Shown here one piece after another: positions 61,563 to 64,000 of a stretch of DNA of 64,000 nt. Position 1 is the first letter of the stretch. Each line of letters begins with the position of its first letter. The position numbers and the translations under genes are program-made. Under the pieces are notes generated by a model. The model saw only the letters and a program-made list of their open reading frames with translations. It was not told the DNA's origin and made no database searches. Source of the stretch: Sterolibacterium sp. (GTDB taxonomy: Bacteria > Pseudomonadota > Gammaproteobacteria > Burkholderiales > Rhodocyclaceae); the NCBI GenBank assembly GCA_019105045.1, contig JAHRWT010000056.1, positions 207 through 64,206 on the forward strand, written 5' to 3'.

Positions 61563-61585
61563 GGAAACGTCCTTTCGTCCTTGCT

Positions 61586-61993
61586 TCAAACCTGACCGAT
61601 ACTCAGGGTTTTCATCAACAACTGTTTGGCGGTATTCATCATTTCGGCATTGGTCTGATAAGAGCGCGACGCCGAAATCATATTGACCATTTCCTCCACC
61701 ACATTGACGTTGGGCATGGCCACATAACCTGCCTCATCGGCATGTGGGTTGGTCGGCTCATACACCATGCGCAGCGGCGCAGCGCTTTCCACCACCTGCG
61801 TCACGCGCACACCCAGACCACCCTCGTTGCCCACCGGCGTGGCGGCAAACACCACCTGCTTGGCGCGGTAGGGCTGACCATCCGCCCCCACCAGGCTGTC
61901 GGCATTGGCCAGGTTGCTGGACACCGCGTTCAGCCGGGCAGATTGCGCATGCAGCGCAGAACCGGCAATGCTGAAAACGTTGAACATGCTCAT
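61586..61993 (-). CDS. flgC: Flagellar proximal rod protein C
   Basis: [37 protein letters not shown]. Confidence 0.97.
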   Translation of the reverse strand: MSMFNVFSIAGSALHAQSARLNAVSSNLANADSLVGADGQPYRAKQVVFAATPVGNEGGLGVRVTQVVESAAPLRMVYEPTNPHADEAGYVAMPNVNVVEEMVNMISASRSYQTNAEMMNTAKQLLMKTLSIGQV

Positions 61994-62020
61994 GAATATC
62001 CCCTTTCAGACCCTTGCAGC

Positions 62021-62446
62021 TCAGGGCTGCACGGCAGCGCCCAGCAGCTTGAACTGATGATTGACGAAGCTGATCAAGGCTTCCATCTGGATGGCGTTCT
62101 CGGCAAAAGCGGCGCGTTCGACATCCATATTCACCGTATTGCCATCCACACTGGACTGCAGCTCACCACGAAACTGCAGCGCAGCGCCAAAACGGTTGCC
62201 GCCCATGCCATCCGCCGCCGTCTGAGCATTCAGATGCTGGCCGCTGGTCCTGTGCAGCGTCAGATTGCCAAGCGCGGTGCCCGCGCCCATGGCTGTATTC
62301 AGCGCTGTCTTGAAATCAAAATCACGCGCCTTGTAGTGGGGCGTATCGGCATTGGCGATGTTGGATGCCAGGATTTCCTGCCGATAGGCGCGCAGATTCA
62401 GCGCCTGCTGGCTGTATCCCATCTCCTGGTCTATGCGGTTGGTCAT
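62021..62446 (-). CDS. flgB: Flagellar proximal rod protein B
   Basis: RQEILASNIANADTPHYKARD, DGNTVNMD. Confidence 0.96.
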   Translation of the reverse strand: MTNRIDQEMGYSQQALNLRAYRQEILASNIANADTPHYKARDFDFKTALNTAMGAGTALGNLTLHRTSGQHLNAQTAADGMGGNRFGAALQFRGELQSSVDGNTVNMDVERAAFAENAIQMEALISFVNHQFKLLGAAVQP

Positions 62447-62494
62447 GGCAATCTCTGTTGATCTGGTTGCCGGATGCGGCGACAAGCAACCCAA

Positions 62495-62510
62495 TGCAGA
62501 AACCGTGCCA
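62495..62510 (-). promoter_or_regulatory. Sigma54 promoter upstream of flgB
   Basis: Minus strand TGGCAC-GGTTT-CTGCA. Confidence 0.8.
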
Positions 62511-62721
62511 GGTTTTGCTGCCCGATAAACTGAGCCTGTTTATGTGGGCAGTTCAACCTATTGAGACAGTTTTACGGCGTACTGCGGTGAATCGCCGGCA
62601 AAATTTCCAACATACGGCAAGTTTTGCCGCTCGCGCCATGCCTGCTTTGCGCGGGCCTTTGACAGACTCTTTACGGACCTTCTGCTTGCCACTGTACTGC
62701 GCAACATGTTTCAATCGGCAC

Positions 62722-63429
62722 ATGAACAAACACACCGCACATTCTTGCTGCCGCCTGCTGCTGGCTCTGCTGCTGGCCTTGCCCATCCACACGGCCATTG
62801 CCCAGCAGCCTGCCGCCCCGGTCAGCCAGGCAGTCGAAGATTTTCTGCGTATCCAGACGCAAGGTCTGCCCGGCCAAGTTGATTTTGAAATCACACCGCT
62901 TGATCCGCGCAACAATCTGGTCGCCTGCACGAATCTTGAGGTCAGCCTGGCTGGCGGCGCCCGTCTGTGGGGGCGCAGCAGCGTGATGGTTCGCTGTCTG
63001 GATGCCGGCGGTTGGCGCATTCACGTGCCGGTAACCATCCGTGTCATCAGTGATTATCTGCTGACCGCCCGTGCCCTGACTCGCGGCCAGCTGATCACCG
63101 CCGCCGATCTGGCCCGCAGCAACGGCGACCTGACCAGCCTGCCCAACGGCATCCTGACAGATGAAGCCCAGGCCATCGGTCGCACGCTGACCCTGTCCAT
63201 GCCGGCCGGACGGCCATTGCGTGGCGATATGCTGCGCGACCCCATGGCAGTGCAGCAGAACCAGAGCGTCAAGGTGATTTCGCGGGGGCCGGGTTTTCAG
63301 GTCGCCGGCAACGACGGACGGGCACTGAATGCCGGAGCAGACGGCGAAGTCGTCCAGGTACGCATGGCCAATGGCCGCATCGTCAGCGGCATTGCCCGCC
63401 CGGGAGGAGTGGTCGAGATCAGTTACTGA
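62722..63429 (+). CDS. flgA: P-ring assembly chaperone
   Basis: Signal peptide, paired Cys, SAF domain, GRALNAGADGEVVQVR; divergent from flgB. Confidence 0.92.
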   Translation: MNKHTAHSCCRLLLALLLALPIHTAIAQQPAAPVSQAVEDFLRIQTQGLPGQVDFEITPLDPRNNLVACTNLEVSLAGGARLWGRSSVMVRCLDAGGWRIHVPVTIRVISDYLLTARALTRGQLITAADLARSNGDLTSLPNGILTDEAQAIGRTLTLSMPAGRPLRGDMLRDPMAVQQNQSVKVISRGPGFQVAGNDGRALNAGADGEVVQVRMANGRIVSGIARPGGVVEISY

Positions 63430-63471
63430 GCGGGGTTTGCGCGGCAACCGGGCGCAACCAGCTGGCCGCCT

Positions 63472-64000
63472 TCAGTGCAGGATCTGGCCAGCCGATGGAA
63501 ACAGCTCTTCGATTATCCCGGCACCGAAGCGATATTCGTGATTGCAGATTTCATCACGAATGATGATTTCACCCTGTTCAGCAAGTATCGCTGCCACTTC
63601 CTCGTGTCCCAGTGTGACCAGCATACTGCGCACCTTGTCTTCATCGCGCGGGCAATGGTAGTGCACCGGCAGCGGGGGAAACACCCGTAGGTTGTCTTCG
63701 ACGAACAGCCGCTCGAGCAACTGAGTGGCCGGCAGCTGCAATTCCTGCCGCTTGATGGTTGCCGCCAACTGCTGCACCCGGTGCCAGCCGTCCGGATCGA
63801 CCGCCTCAGCATGTTCGCGCGCCGGCATGACTTGCAGAAACAGACCAGCCGCCTGCTGCTCATCGGCAAACAGCCAGAAACGTGTCGGCTGTTGCGCCGA
63901 CTGGCTCATGAACTGCTCAAAGATGTGGGCGATGCTGTCGCCATCCAGCAGCACATGGCTCTGGTAAGGCTGGCGGGTATCGGCAGTTTGCAGACTGAAC
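63472..64000 (-). CDS. hslO: Hsp33 redox-regulated chaperone, 5'-truncated by window edge
   Basis: PYQS, QSAQQPTR, AAGLFLQVMP, LLERLF, C-terminal domain with altered Cys motif. Confidence 0.88.
   Translation of the reverse strand, partial: FSLQTADTRQPYQSHVLLDGDSIAHIFEQFMSQSAQQPTRFWLFADEQQAAGLFLQVMPAREHAEAVDPDGWHRVQQLAATIKRQELQLPATQLLERLFVEDNLRVFPPLPVHYHCPRDEDKVRSMLVTLGHEEVAAILAEQGEIIIRDEICNHEYRFGAGIIEELFPSAGQILH

Overview
GC-rich betaproteobacterial chromosomal window; protein style and gene order suggest the Rhodocyclales/Sterolibacteriaceae group (inference, no search run). 1-8.7 kb: end of a cytochrome c'/outer-membrane efflux operon, then a His-rich CzcI-C-B-A-type heavy-metal RND operon. 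8.8-20.9 kb: housekeeping genes (kup, rpsF-priB-rpsR-rplI, dnaB, family-4 UDG, rimI, tsaB, two hypotheticals, an OmpR/EnvZ-like pair, tRNA-Thr(UGU)). 21-63.4 kb: a large flagellar locus (HisKA_3/NarL pair, fliDST, second fliT, FliK-like/FlhB-like pair, ycgR, fliE, FleS/FleR-type system, fliF-R, flgB-L, flgA); the window ends in hslO. Best candidate for an undescribed system: a translationally coupled three-enzyme cassette (group II PLP decarboxylase, atypical ATP-grasp ligase, divergent class-V-like PLP enzyme; 31168-35460) directly downstream of fliE, apparently under its sigma54 promoter. Other notable signals: a hybrid sigma54/FleSR plus sigma28 flagellar hierarchy with a repeated CGGCAA-N3-TTGCCG site; an Hsp33 whose two inner zinc cysteines are replaced by Arg and Asp; phased DnaA-like boxes before dnaB; and a 7x9-nt repeat in the pre-tRNA leader. 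All calls come from reading motifs by eye; start codons are best guesses.
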